Below, one piece after another: positions 33,880 to 46,414 of a stretch of DNA of 64,000 bases (positions are counted from its first letter, which is position 1; each line of letters opens with the position of its first letter). Below the pieces are notes generated by a model. That model was not told the origin of the DNA. It did not search any database and worked only from the letters and a program-made list of their open reading frames with translations. Both the position numbers and the translations under genes were made by a program. The stretch is from Selaginella moellendorffii (taxonomy: Eukaryota > Plantae > Lycopodiophyta). Location of the stretch: contig NW_003314431.1 in the NCBI RefSeq assembly GCF_000143415.4, positions 108,753 through 172,752 of the forward strand, read 5' to 3'.

Positions 33880-34377
33880 ATGGCGATGGCTTCCACGATG
33901 ACTGCTCTCGCGAGCTCCTTTGCGAAGTGTGGCGGCTCCGCGAGATTTCTCGACGATTACAACTTCAACTGCGGTGGCAATTCGCTGCGATTTCGATCGA
34001 TCAGTGGTCATTGCCAGAGGATTTCCAAGGTATGTCTTCTTCGTTTTCTCATCGAGTTTGATCGTTTTCCGTTCCAGAGTTTGGTGGTGAATCGAAATCG
34101 AGCAGGGGGGCAGCGAGGAATCATGTACGAGGACGAGGATACGTTCGTTCTCCTGGAGCCCGGCGAGGACGAAGTGTTCGTCTCCATGGAGCAGCTCCAG
34201 TCGCGGATTAAATCCTGGCTGGAGCGATGGCCGTCGGGGTCGCTGCCATTCGACCTCCAAAACTTTAAGACTCTGGACGAGGCCGCGTCGCATCTCGTGA
34301 CCAATTCCTGCGAGCTCGAAATTGGCGGCGGCTTTGGTTCCATTCAGTGGTTCCAAGTTAGACTGGAAGAACGATAG
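33880..34377 (+). CDS. CRR7: CRR7-like chloroplast NDH assembly factor (one intron, 34030-34077)
   Basis: Transit-peptide-like MAMASTMTALASS, then DTFVLLEPGEDEVFVS...LPFDL...CELEIGGGFGSIQWFQVRLE. Confidence 0.85.
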   Translation: MAMASTMTALASSFAKCGGSARFLDDYNFNCGGNSLRFRSISGHCQRISKVCLLRFLIEFDRFPFQSLVVNRNRAGGQRGIMYEDEDTFVLLEPGEDEVFVSMEQLQSRIKSWLERWPSGSLPFDLQNFKTLDEAASHLVTNSCELEIGGGFGSIQWFQVRLEER

Positions 34378-34909
34378 ATTATAGTAGTAGCTTTGTTTAG
34401 AACTACTCTTTTTCTATCTTTCTATTTCGTGTCAACATCTAGAACGAACATATCAAGCCCACATTACGTAAGCCAGGGCGTGCCGTGAATTTATAATCAA
34501 AAAGTTGGTTTGGATCCACACACAAAGTTTAAGCATTAAACTAACATTTTAGAAGGTTCTAAAGAAACCTAACTTCTAGAAAGGTGGTAGGGCACGGAAA
34601 ACAGGAACGCGTCACTGACGCCATATGGCGCAAATACAAGATATGTACGGCAGCGTGTCGTCGCCCGTCGCGTAGCTTGTGAATTGCTAGCAACTTTTTT
34701 TTTTCTCTCTCCCTCGTTTCCGCGAGTCACAGGAATCGTATGACACTAAACATTGGGCGATTTTATTAATCGGGGGTGTTTTCCTACATGGTACAAACCA
34801 TAGCTTTTCTTCCATGCATTGGATGGATGATCCAACGGCGGTGGCACTACCCACCAGTCAAAAATGACTTTTGGCCACGGCTACCGTACGATTCTAGAGA
34901 AAAGGCTGC

Positions 34910-34955
34910 TGACGTGTTTCTTGCCACGTGGCCCACCGTTGCGGCCGCCACGTCA
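34910..34955. promoter_or_regulatory. Cluster of G-box/ABRE-like ACGT elements upstream of MsrA
   Basis: TGACGTGT, GCCACGTGGC and GCCACGTCA occur within 46 nt. Confidence 0.5.
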
Positions 34956-35333
34956 GGCAGTTAAGCACGGCGGGCGGTAGATGTGACGCATCCGACGGCA
35001 ACGGCAGCCAGCGACGCGGACCGTCGGATCGGCGGAATCGACGGTTGCCATGGCAATCGTAATGCGCGAGAGAGCTTGCTAGGTTTTCTTCGTGGTGGGA
35101 GGGAGAAAATGCGAGCGCCATGCTGGATCGAGGGCATGCAGTGATCTCTATGGATTGATTTCTCGCAGGGCGGTGGAGCTAGCGCGCGTGCGCCGCGGGC
35201 GCGCGCTGCATAGCGATCGATGGGAGCATGGCCGGGGTTTTGATCTAGAGTGGTAGTATTTCTTCATGCGCGCTCGGGATTTGTGGATCTTGGAGCTGGA
35301 TAATTCTTGCTGCCCGGGGAGTGTCGCGGCGGG

Positions 35334-36030
35334 ATGGGGAAGGTCCGGGGATGGCTCCACAAGCTGGGGCTTGGAAGCAGGAATGCGGCACAGGACGAGA
35401 TGGCGCTGATGAAGATCGCGCAGGGGCCGGATTTGGATGTGGCGGAGGCAGGCAGCGAGATGGCCCAATTCGGCGCCGGATGCTTCTGGGGAGTGGAGCT
35501 AGCGTACCAGAGAGTTCCTGGCGTGACCAAGACGGAAGTGGGCTACTCGCGCGGCTACCTCCACAACCCTTCCTACAGGGACGTTTGCGATGGGGATACC
35601 GGCCATGTCGAGGTCGTCCGGGTCCAATTTGATCCAAAGTGCTGCTCATATGAGAATCTCCTCAGCGTTTTCTGGTCCAAGCACGATCCTACCACTCCAA
35701 ATCGTCAGGTAAGCTCGCAAAAACAGATTTTTTTCTTCGCGATTCTAGCTGGCTGATGGAAGTTTTCGTGAAGAACAGGCTAACGATGTAGGAACCCAGT
35801 ACCGCTCTGGAATTTACTACTACACTCCCGAGCAAGAGAGCGCGGCCATAGCATCGAAAGAGAGCCTCCAGAAGAGCTTGGACAGCCCGATCGTGACGGA
35901 GATCCTGGCCGCCAAGAAATTCTATCGAGCCGAGGCGTTCCACCAGCAGTACCTCGCCAAAGGTGGGCGATTCGGATTCAGGCAGTCCGCTGCAAAGGGT
36001 TGCACTGATCCAATCCGCTGCTATGGGTAG
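35334..36030 (+). CDS. MSRA: Peptide methionine sulfoxide reductase A (one intron, ~35709-35778)
   Basis: [38 protein letters not shown] and [11 protein letters not shown]. An upstream transit-peptide exon cannot be excluded. Confidence 0.95.
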
Positions 36031-37922
36031 AACAACGCCATTTGGTTCTTCCTTTTCTTTCTTTCCTCTCATCCTTTTTTTTTCTCTACACTCATTCTCC
36101 TCGTACGAGTGAGAGTCCTTGGGAAGGATCAAAAACAAAAAATTTTCTCCTCCTCCTCCTAGGTACGTCCATTTCTTCCATAAACATTTCGAGAATTTTT
36201 ATTGAGTTCCAGCGAGAAGAAGAAGAAGAAGCGGAGGTTCTTCCAATCAACTGTACAGTTTGATCGAAAGAAAACAATCACCAGGCAATAAGTAAGAAGG
36301 TGGCGCTGCCACCACCAGCAAGTAAAAGAAGATCGCTGATCAAAAGGAATAAAAACGAGTAAAGTTACGCTCGTCGCCACGGTAGGAAGAACGACAAATG
36401 TTGTAAGCCTTCCCCATCCTCGAATTTTACTGTGCGTGTTCTTCGGTGGGCGATTCTCTCTCTCGGCCTAAAATTATAAGTTAAGAGAAAAGAGAGAAGA
36501 TTTTCGTTTTCTAGAAGGATTCGTGGGAAACCTAGAACCGCTGATCTCAGCGATTCTTTAAAAAGAATGAAACTTTCACTGTGCTGGTTAAAAAAAATCC
36601 TCACAACTCATTGTTCTAAACAAGAAAAAGCGTAGATTATTCTTAGGCTTTATCTAGACACTCGTGTTCTCGTCTATATATCTAGATTCTTTTCGTGACT
36701 TTGGAGTTCTAGCTCTTCTAGTGGAATGTTAGTCGTCGATCGACGCTACCCTGGAAGCCAACTTAGCTTTGTCCTCGTTGTTTTCGTCAAAGTACATGAA
36801 TACGGACAGATGGTGATAGCTCCATTTCCTTTGCTTTTGTTGAGATGAGATAATTGATCGTTGGGATTTGAAACCATTTCAAAGAAATCCTCCCTGAATT
36901 TCATCACTTGACTTGGGCAAATCAGGCAAAGTCGCCCAAGGTTGGGAAAAGTCCAGGGCAATCAAATCTCTCTTTTCCAGCCGAGGAGAAATCACATACT
37001 ACTCTCAGTCTGATCATCATGATCAGAGTCCAGTGATCTCCACAGCTGTTGAATTTCTAGAAGTACGTGACGACTCATGCAAAGACAGCTGCTGGGTTTC
37101 CAAATTCCGAGAAGAGAAAGGGATTCCGTCCAAGTTCCAGCACAAACCAACAGGTTTGTACAAGATCAGGTTGCTGTGCAGCTGTGAGGAAATTTTGAGT
37201 TCTGCTATGCCTGCTGATGCATGATTGGATTTTTCTGTGCTTTGGGTCAACATCGTGAAAGGCTGTCGAGCAAAACTGATGAGCACGATATTCACACAGC
37301 TCTAAATTCGTCCCTACAAACAAGTATTTTCTCCTTGGGTTAATGTGATATTTCAAAATGTATACAATAAAAGAATGTACTACCCTTTCTTATAGTAAGC
37401 CAAATATAATAATCATATTTACTATGCAAAACTGAAACACTAATGACATGCCATGTTATTTAATGACAGAATAATAATAGTGTTCATCTAAGCTAAAAAA
37501 TAAGTTTGTTGCATATAAAGTAATCAAATTCTAGATAGTGTGAAATAACTTTACTGTTACAAAATTAAAATTATGCTGAAAGGAAACATTTTATCATTTT
37601 TTATTTTAATATTTAAAAATATAGTATCAACTTTGACTATGTACTCCTTTGCAAGCGCAATGATGCACTTCGTGAAGAGAATTTCACACTCAAGCGTTTG
37701 AGCCAAGTTTATTTTACCCTACTTTTGCTTGAAGACAATACAAATAAATTTAATTGCATTACCTTTTCTTGTTGGCCTCCTATACATCTCTATAAGAATA
37801 GTCCTGGTTCTATCACTCATGTCTCCAACTCTCCTCTTAAGATTGAAACTAAATTTCTCAAAGTTTTCAATCTTATCCAAGGTGAGTGCAACTGTAGTGT
37901 ATGTGGTTTTTACCCTTTATCC

Positions 37923-38458
37923 TATGGTGATTTACCATAGGATAATACCACAAAGTGGAACCTAAACCCTCCATATGCCACGTGTGATATGCCATATATC
38001 ACATGCCACGTGTCCATAGGATAGTGGTGTGGAACCCGAGGTTCAGAGCCTTGGGCCACTAAACGAAGGAATGGTGCCAAACTCCCAAACATGGAGCCAA
38101 GGAATGACGGAACCGGACCATGAAGCAACTCCCGAGTATACAGCCCAAGGAGAAAAGGGACAGGAGCCCGGAGCAACTTGGAACAGTCCTAGAGCAACCA
38201 ACATCCCAATGCCATGACCAATATGCAAAACAGAGCCAAACGGAGTCTAGCGCTATTTTGGCATACCAGTAGCCTAACACAAGGACATGGGTACTCCACC
38301 AGTTAGTATGGTGTGGAACTTGGGCTTAGACCTAAGCTAGACGTAAAACAAGGATAAACACGCAAGCGGGAGATAAACTATGCCTCAAGTTGGTCAGCCA
38401 TGCCTGACCCACCCACTATCCCTATTATACATTTGAAACCCCCCACAATCCCCCCCCC
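37923..38458 (-). mobile_element. Possible LTR fragment preceded by a polypurine tract
   Basis: On the minus strand a G-run (38450-38458) is followed by AT-TGTGGGGG and ~520 nt that are richer in GC than the flanks. No partner LTR is in the window. Confidence 0.3.
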
Positions 38459-38529
38459 GAAGAACACATGTTTTAGGCTTTCACCCCAAGCTTCCCTTAG
38501 TACTAGGAATTAGTCTCTGGGACAAGTTT

Positions 38530-39030
38530 GAAACTTACTAAATATTAAATATCCCTAGATTGTGAATTTGGATACGGGATGAGCACCATTGTGTTCAGAA
38601 CAATCTCTACATTCTGTAGACATGCCAAATGAGCAAATCTAGACATTTTCCATAAATAGCATTTGGGACCAAAATGAGATTAACACAAAAGGCATGATAA
38701 CAAGGGTGTTTGGCAAACACGGTAAGCTATCATCTTGCAAATATTGAAGGATCAATCTCAATATTGCGGGGGTTCCCAACACTAATAAATGCAAATTAAC
38801 GAATGAGTTTCTCTAACCAGGTCAAGTATGCTTGATTAATAACACTTAGGAATTCCGTCCTTATGCTCATTTGGTCAAGTGCACACATGAGGATTAGTTT
38901 CTCAACTAGCTTAAGCAGAGACTAATAAAGGATCTAGCAATACCAACCTCCTGCTGTCGTGGCAGTAAGGAAAGAATATTTGAAAGGACTAGCCGACAGG
39001 TAATTTTCGATACCCGAAGTCACATTCACG
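38530..39030 (-). repeat. ~500-bp dispersed repeat, inverted relative to 48633-49135 (probable non-LTR retroelement fragment)
   Basis: The reverse complements align along their length, e.g. CATAAATAGCATTTGGGACCAAAATGAGA with TCTCATTTTGGTCCCAAATGCTATTTATG. Confidence 0.85.
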
Positions 39031-39426
39031 ACACCCTCCCCCCCTTAGGGAAGATCGACATCCTCGTCGATGCATACTCGAGTCTAGACCACCATAAAGG
39101 AAATAACTCCAGAAAAAGTTTATGGTGATCACACTATGTGAGAAATGCACCAATTTAAATGAGTTAGAAGGCAACCTCTTTGTTTAACGCGGATGCGCTA
39201 TCAGCTTAGACACCTTCTGGCCGTCACCAATAAGGAAATGACCAATGGAATTAGCCACCCTTGCTACTCTAGGTGTCACCCAGCTTACAAAAGTGTGATA
39301 TGCCCCTACCCGCAGGTGGCATAGAGAGAGAAGCCAAAGGCCCAAACCCTTTTGAGCAAAGAAACCAAATCTGTCAGTAAGATTTAAATAGACTCTTGTA
39401 AACAAGCAGTTAGAATTGTTTATACG

Positions 39427-40019
39427 TGTAAGGTCCTGAGTTTGGACTTCCCGGGAGGTCACCCAGCCCAGTACTATTCAAACCCAAGGACGCTTAACCC
39501 CAAATATCCCAAGACCCTTAACCAATTGGAAAAGGGGGTGCACTCTTATTCATGGGCCCTTTCCCTCTATATTTGAACCCCATGGATCGTCTCTCAAGTC
39601 GTTCCCTTTGGTTGCTTACAATCCACCACGCTTCCCTACAAGTTCACGCCCTCGTGAACAGAAGCTGAGAGCCGCAGCTCTCCCGAGAGCCCCGCTCTCT
39701 TGACACCCTACCCCTCAGGTCGAGCCTAGCGGGAGCAAACTGGACCAGCCAGATGTCAATCAACATGTGGTGTGATTCCCCTAGCCAACCAACAGAGTCG
39801 GACCCGAGACCGCTTTGATACCAAATGTAAGCTCCTGAGTTTGGACTTCCCGGGAGGTCACCTAACCCAGTACTATTTAAACCCAAGGACGCTTAACCCC
39901 AAATATCCCAAGACCCTTAACCAATTGGAAAAGGGGGTGCACTCTTATTCATGGGCCCTTTCCCTCTATATTTGAACCCTATGGATCGTCTCTCAAGTTG
40001 TTCCCTTTGGTTGCTTACA
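39427..40019 (-). mobile_element. Intact Cassandra-type TRIM (non-autonomous LTR retrotransposon with 5S rRNA-derived LTR core)
   Basis: Two 194-bp TG...CA LTRs (39427-39620 and 39826-40019) with about 6 differences and a 5-bp TSD ATACG. PBS TGGTATCAAAGC (tRNA-Met type) and PPT AGGGAAGCGTGGTGGAT lie on the minus strand. The LTR contains GGTTAAGCGTCCTTGGG..AGTACTGGGCTGGGTGACCTCCCGGGAAGTCC, which resembles the 5S rRNA A-box/C-box region. Confidence 0.95.
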
Positions 40020-40024
40020 ATACG

Positions 40025-43000
40025 GTCACGCCATTTTAACAGAATAAGGAACATCGACAAAGATGCGGGTGATGTGACCAGTCAACAGTAGCTACCCCAT
40101 GACTACAGATTTCACCGTACACACGAAGTGCTAAAGCCAGTCTGCTTATATTAGCCCAAACTCGAAGATTAATAGATGGACAATATCAAAGTTAGAGACA
40201 ATAATATCTTAGAGACTTAATTATCAGTCAATATATCTTGATTAGAACACCAAAAGTATTCCAAATAAGTTATCATCTGATAAACCAGTATTATAGTGTA
40301 GGAACCACCAAGATCACAACAGTGGGAAATATAGGATTCACTATCCAACAAAATTCAATAGCTAGTGTATCATCAAGGACACTCAATGACAAAACACAAC
40401 TATCAAAGATTGCAGATAGCATGCGAAACAACTCACAAAAGACAACTAAAAGAACATAAAGTATCATCGACTAGCAAGCACAATGGTCGTAAATGTATCA
40501 CCTGAAGGAAATAACATCCTAATCTATCAAAACTAACTTGAGCAATAATCAACATAACAGAATGAATGCGATAATGCGGCAGCGAATGCGAATATCATAT
40601 GAATGCGATGGTCAACAAACACTCATTCATACTAATGATTGCATTAGCCAATCTAAATAAATCTTGGTCAACAATACCAAGGAACCAGAGTTGCTTAAGC
40701 AAGTGTCAGCAACATCCTATCAATATCTCAAACCCAAGAAACTAATCCAGAGCAAACCACAAAAAACATATGGTATTGCGAAAAGCCATAAGCTATCAAA
40801 TAGCATAATTAACCATTATGAAAGATCATCAATCATCCCATCAAAAGAGATATACATAATCATTGTCAATGAAAGAATCTACCATCCCGTAAAATGACAA
40901 ATCATTCTATATCAACAATAATCAAGCAAACATCTTTAACAAGGATAATCAACTATCCTAGATGATAATCAATCATCATCAATGATTGCCAGATGCAAAT
41001 ACTAACTTCAACATCGAAACTAATAAGCCAAAATGCTTTCCCCAACAACTTTTAACAAATAAAACAATAAGCATGAAAACCCAAGGAACCAAAAACTTGA
41101 AGAAGCTTATAGCCAACTTTTGCCTAATAATGATCACAAGTCTTGCATGAACTAACTTCAATGCTAAAGAAGAAATCATGGTGTAATTCACAACATCCTT
41201 CTTAACACTTCTATAAGCCAAACTTCATAATACCAAAGCTAATAAAGAATATATCTGCATCAATCCAAAAGCCAAGTGTAATGGAGCTATGCTCAACTAG
41301 TGATCACTAAAAAATCTTCCATGAATCCATCTATAGCAAGATGTAAATCACATCATAACAAACACAAGAAGAATCATCAATGATCAACATATTCAAACTC
41401 AAATTCAATAAGGATTTAAATAATCCAATATCGATCACTAACTCATCCTCTCGTACAGTTAGTGTTGTCCATGACTAAATCACTTTTTAAGGAAAAGCTC
41501 AAAGCTCAACCCCTACTAAATAATCTCGTCTAAAACACAACTAACTCAAACTTGCCACTTAGTTTGTCTGAATGTCAATATACTTGCTAACTAGCAAATG
41601 CATGAATACCAACAACACAAAGCTAAAACCAAATCATTCACATGATCTTCATTAAAACTAATGAAACTCAATATCAATCCTAAGGAGAGATATCTTATTT
41701 CACTTGCATCTCAATATCAACAATGTCAATAACAGGGCATCACTTCAATGCCATCAACACTATAATAAAAATAAAAGAAAGCAAGAGTGAATCACCACCC
41801 AAAGCTCTTTAGCAACCAAGGTAACCAAAGTTAAAAATACTATACTCAGTATCTGAGACTAATCCTTCAATAATACTCAATTTCAGATAACACATCATCA
41901 TGGAGTGATTCACCACATCCAAAACTCCATGAAATCCAATACTACGGACTAAGCGTAAACAAATAATATTGATAAAGGTAGAGTCAACATATCAACATGG
42001 AAAACCCATGAAAATCTAATGACACAATCTTTCACAACACCATCCGGTAAAGCAAGTCTATCATTGCTAAATCTTCATTGAGCGAAGCAGGTGTCAATAG
42101 TTATCAACAAAATCTACAAGCAATCACTAGTTGCAAAGCAACCAACAATCATTTTTCAACTTGCATTTCACAAGACCCAAACACTAAATTCATGTCATCA
42201 AGTTATGTACTTATCTAACATGAACAAAATACCCTAGGTACGAGATAAAGGTTCATGGACAAGCATAAACTAAATGACAACTCGAATCCAACTCAACTGT
42301 AATAAACTCACTAACACGTCTGCTCTAAGCATGCCTTGAAGAAGCTAGTTATGCATGATAACACTCAGTAAAAACTAAAGTGATGACCATGAGATGGACT
42401 CATATCAGTACACAACCTCCTTATAGATAAAGTTATAGTACAAGTACTAACATCTCAATCTCAAACAACTAAGTTGGAAATTACAATCCTCAACCAAGGC
42501 ATAGAGCCACCTAGAATAAGTCAACATTAGTGAGAGCTCACTACTCTTATAGAATATAATAAAATGCAAGGTGCACCTTGCTATCGAGCATAACACTATA
42601 GAATAAGGGTCACCTTTCTTAGAAAAGCGCAATGGCCACTTTTCTACACCAACTTTAGATTCTATCCAACTTAATTGCCTTAGCCTCAAAAGTTTGCATC
42701 TCTTTCAGGCTGCATCATACAAATTATATACTAAGGTTTAGAGTAACCAAAGTCAACTCCAACCCTTTCACTAGTTTGTATTGGCTTACAAAAATGAAAT
42801 GGTTTTTGAGCAAAGTGACCAATAAATCAGCTATTGGAAAAGTTTAAGAGAATTTGTGGAAAATTTATAAAAAAATTTCATCCTAGAGAAAGAATGACTC
42901 TCAGTCTAGGAATACAAACTTCCAAAACTCAACCAACTTCCTCCTACCTACAACTTCACATAGGTTCACCTCAACACCAACCCATAGCATGTCTAAGCAT

Positions 43001-43770
43001 CGAACATTTTTGCCCATACTTCCGACATCCAACACTGATATTTGTAAAAGGCAAAATGAACATCCCAGGCTTGATCATGAAGACCACATCTTCGGATATC
43101 CATATTGCACTAACACTCTTCTTCAATCACCTTCAAGATCCTATGTGAAGCTAAAACACTCACAAAAAAAATGACATGAAAAATCAAGGTCTAAGGAAAA
43201 TTCCTCATCACTTGAAATAACAATGCCACTTTCACTAACACAAGTGGTAGTGATGTCAATGCCTCAACCTCACACCTTCTCTATCCAACAATCTACTTTA
43301 AGTGTTAACAGATAAACCAACAAGCCATAGCAAGTGAATGTTATAACCCTTTCTAACACATTATGGACAAACTGTAAGCAACCAAAGAAAACGACTCGAA
43401 AGACGATCCATGGGGTTCAAATATAGAAGGAAATGGCCCATGAACAAGAGTGCACCCCCTTTTTCAATCGGTTAAGGGTTTTGGGATATTTGGGGTTAAG
43501 TGTCTTTGGGTTTGAATAGTACTTGGCTGGGTAACCTCCCGGAAAGTCCAAACTCAGGAGCTTATACAAACTCAAGGAACTAAGGAACCAACTTAAGCTT
43601 AACATAATGGATCACCATTAAGAATCTAATCAAAACTACTACAATGTTACTATATGTAAGTAGATTAGCTTCACCGTCAACCACTTTAGGGTTGATCATT
43701 ATTTAACCAAGCAACTTTGTAAACACATTACTCATTATTACATGGATATGGTATAAGTATCACAATGACT
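40025..43770 (-). mobile_element. Highly decayed non-LTR (LINE-like) retrotransposon relic
   Basis: Only faint motif traces remain, in LINE ORF2 order on the minus strand (RCLDMLWV ~ SRLDR, KGDPYS, GR..SD, AYRSV ~ KAYDRV, FIDND ~ FADD). There are no long ORFs. Confidence 0.4.
43373..43566 (+). mobile_element. Solo LTR of the Cassandra-type TRIM
   Basis: 194-bp reverse-orientation copy of the LTR flanked by the 5-bp direct repeat CAAAC. Confidence 0.92.
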
Positions 43771-43780
43771 TAATCATTAA

Positions 43781-44119
43781 TTGAGCAACACCATAGGAAA
43801 TAGTCCAGGAGGATTCAACACTCTGTCTGGAAGCAACAGTGGTGGTCCAGGCAATAGTCCAGGAGGCTTCAACAATCCAGGAAGCAATAGTGGTGGTCCA
43901 GGAAGTAGTCCAGGAGGATTTAACAATCCAAGCCAGGGAGGTTTTAGCAATCCTTCCTCAGGTGCTGGAGGTGGAGGTTTTAATCTGGGGAGCGGATATA
44001 ATACTGGGAACAACAATGGATACAACCCAGGTGGAGGAAGCAATCCTGGAGGCTACAATCCAGCACAGCAGCAGCCGCAGCAGCAACAACAACAACAGGG
44101 CCCTCCTGGAAATCCATAA
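43781..44119 (+). other. Gly/Asn/Ser/Pro-rich repeat plus polyQ coding segment, probably the remaining 3' part of a disrupted gene
   Basis: Open frame with tandem NSPGGFNNPGSNSGGPG units and a polyQ tract. It has no ATG start and abuts the LINE relic. Confidence 0.5.
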
Positions 44120-44491
44120 GTCACATTTGTTCATTGCTTTGCTTCTATCTCAACCGTGTTCTTGTGATCTATACAGATGGTGATAACTCAGCTAAGACAA
44201 ATCATGTGTAAGTCCTGTCTATCAGTCTCACGTCATAAACTTGTCGTCAAAAACTTGTCAACTTGGTTCTTGCAGCTGATGTGATGCTCGAGAAGATCAA
44301 AGAATCCAGCGTTCTCCTTGCCAATTCGTCGATGATTGCGATTTGAAGCGAAGAGATCAAGCTATAGTAGAGGTGTATGGTTTTTAGTAGTTTTACTTCA
44401 AAGACCATGTAGCGATAACTTTTGTTCTCTTATAACCTCGATCAATCCATTCTATTTACAACCAAGATCATTCAAAGTTTTCTAGTGAATC

Positions 44492-45817
44492 CTATCCCCC
44501 ACTCGTAGTTTTCTTCTCACAAACTGGAGATTCTAAACTCTCCAAAACCTCGCGAGTTTGCTGCGCAATACAAAGCTGCTCGTTGGTCGGTATCACCAAA
44601 ACCTTGATCCTCGAACCATCCTTGTGGATCTCTCTCAAGCTTTTACCATTTTTCTCCTCGTCAACCTGGATTCCAAAAGCCTCCAGCCTCTCGCAAACCA
44701 TGGACCGCATTTTAGCGGACCTCTCGCCAACGCCACCGCTAAACACCAGCGCGTCAACTTTCCCCTCGAGATCAACAATGTACGCTCCCAGATACTTCCT
44801 TATACGGCAAATCCCATAGATCCCACTCTCCTTGTTGAGCAAAGCATTGATCTCGGCCAAGCCCATGGATTTGTGCACTGCGAGAAGGGCCAGATCGCCG
44901 GATCAACGTCGCCACTCCAAGTAGCCATTACTAAACCTTCGAGTGGAGTCATTCCCATGCTTGTGTCGATCGATTGCCCGTGACACACGCTCGCTCCAGC
45001 GCCGAGATGGAAGGCGATGAGATTAAGTTCCAGCGCTGGCCTTCCAAGGGCGCGGGAGGCCTCGCCAAGAAGAAACTGGTAGCTCGTCCCGTGGAAGCCA
45101 TAACGCCGTACGCCCAGCTCTTCGTACAGCTTCCAGGGGATTCCGTACGTGTACGACGGCCGGGGGATGGTGGAGTGTCAAAGACGGCTACGTGGGGGCA
45201 GTGGAAGAGCTCCTCAGCAACTCGAATTCCCTGGAAAGTTTTTGTGATCTTTTTAAGAGAAAGGTTGGAGAAAAAATGGGACAAAAAAATGGATTTTTCC
45301 TTTTGGAAAAAAGATTGTTACCTCCAAGTTTGCTGGATTGTGAAGTGGAGCGGAACAGCCCTCTCGATTGCTTTCTTCACCTCTTGAGTTATATGCGTTG
45401 ATTTGCTAAATTGCTCGCCGCCGTGAACGACTCGGTGCCCAACAGCGCAAACGTTTTGTGGCTGCTGAAGCAAGTCCATCACTTTCTTGAGACCAGCTTC
45501 GTGGTCTCCAATACATTTTCCCTGGAAGAAAACCAAAAAACTATTAGCAATCCAGCTATCCATGTACAAAGGCTTTAAGATTGCTGGAACACAAATACCA
45601 TGATTTTTAGATCTTGGGCAGTGGAGATGCTCTTGTGGGAGATGGAGCTCTTGGAAGTTCCAATGCCTTCCACACTGCCCTGGAAAATGCAAGAAGCCAC
45701 TCTTCCCAGATGATACAGGGCATACCTGACCCTCTAGAGGAACTCTTTCTTCACAAAAAACTTTACTCACTTGATCGATGAGCTGCCAGAGTTTATCACG
45801 AGCACGGACCTCGCCAT
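44492..45817 (-). pseudogene. ackA: Acetate kinase pseudogene (intron-containing)
   Basis: MARSVLVINSGSSSIK-YALY, AVGHRVVHGG, PLHNPAN, VAVFDT, YGFHGTS, SIDTSMGMTPLEGLVMATWSGDVDP, LVFSGGVGE and VIPTNEQLCIA. It has at least three frameshifting deletions and a gap between GIC and RIRKYLGAY. Confidence 0.92.
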
Positions 45818-46414
45818 TTGCGTGATTAGGGCGGCCCATCAAGTACATTCGCTTCATACACTCTCAGTCTGAGTGCTGACCATGGTTTGTAATGGATGTC
45901 TGATTAGGTAGCTCTCAACGAGCACCTTTCTACAGATTCATGTCCATATCTTGTGCTCTCTCTTTCTTACGCTATGGCACCTGCAATAGAATATTATAGG
46001 ATCTTAAATATTCTTGATATCTTAAGTCACTACTCCTCAAAGTGTTATAAAGACATCTAGTAGCAAAACCAAGAGAAAAAAAGTTTCCTTTCTTTTGCTT
46101 GAAGTTCCAAAGATCTTAAGCATGTAAGCTGCTCACTGCAGTGACAAAATAAGTGAAGAAATAAAGATGAAGAAGAGGAAGAAAAAGTGAAAGAGAACTT
46201 TGGGGAGAAGGAAAAGGAGGGATTTTATGGGATTTGCATTGATCCTTATGATTTGCATGCTATCCAAAACTGGGATGTATTGTAATGATAACATACCCAA
46301 TTTTGGATCTTTTGAAACTCATGTCAGGAGTGGTACTATAGTAATTATGTCAAAGTGAATATGCAGCCTTGCTTGCATTCACCTCAATATGGCTATTGTG
46401 GTACCATAACAAAA

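Noticed and set aside
36746-37900. Short ORFs downstream of MsrA
   Set aside because: No recognisable domain; probably decayed repeat or gene debris.
39440-39500. 5S rRNA gene
   Set aside because: Only the internal promoter part is 5S-like, and it sits inside LTRs, so it is annotated as a Cassandra-type TRIM.
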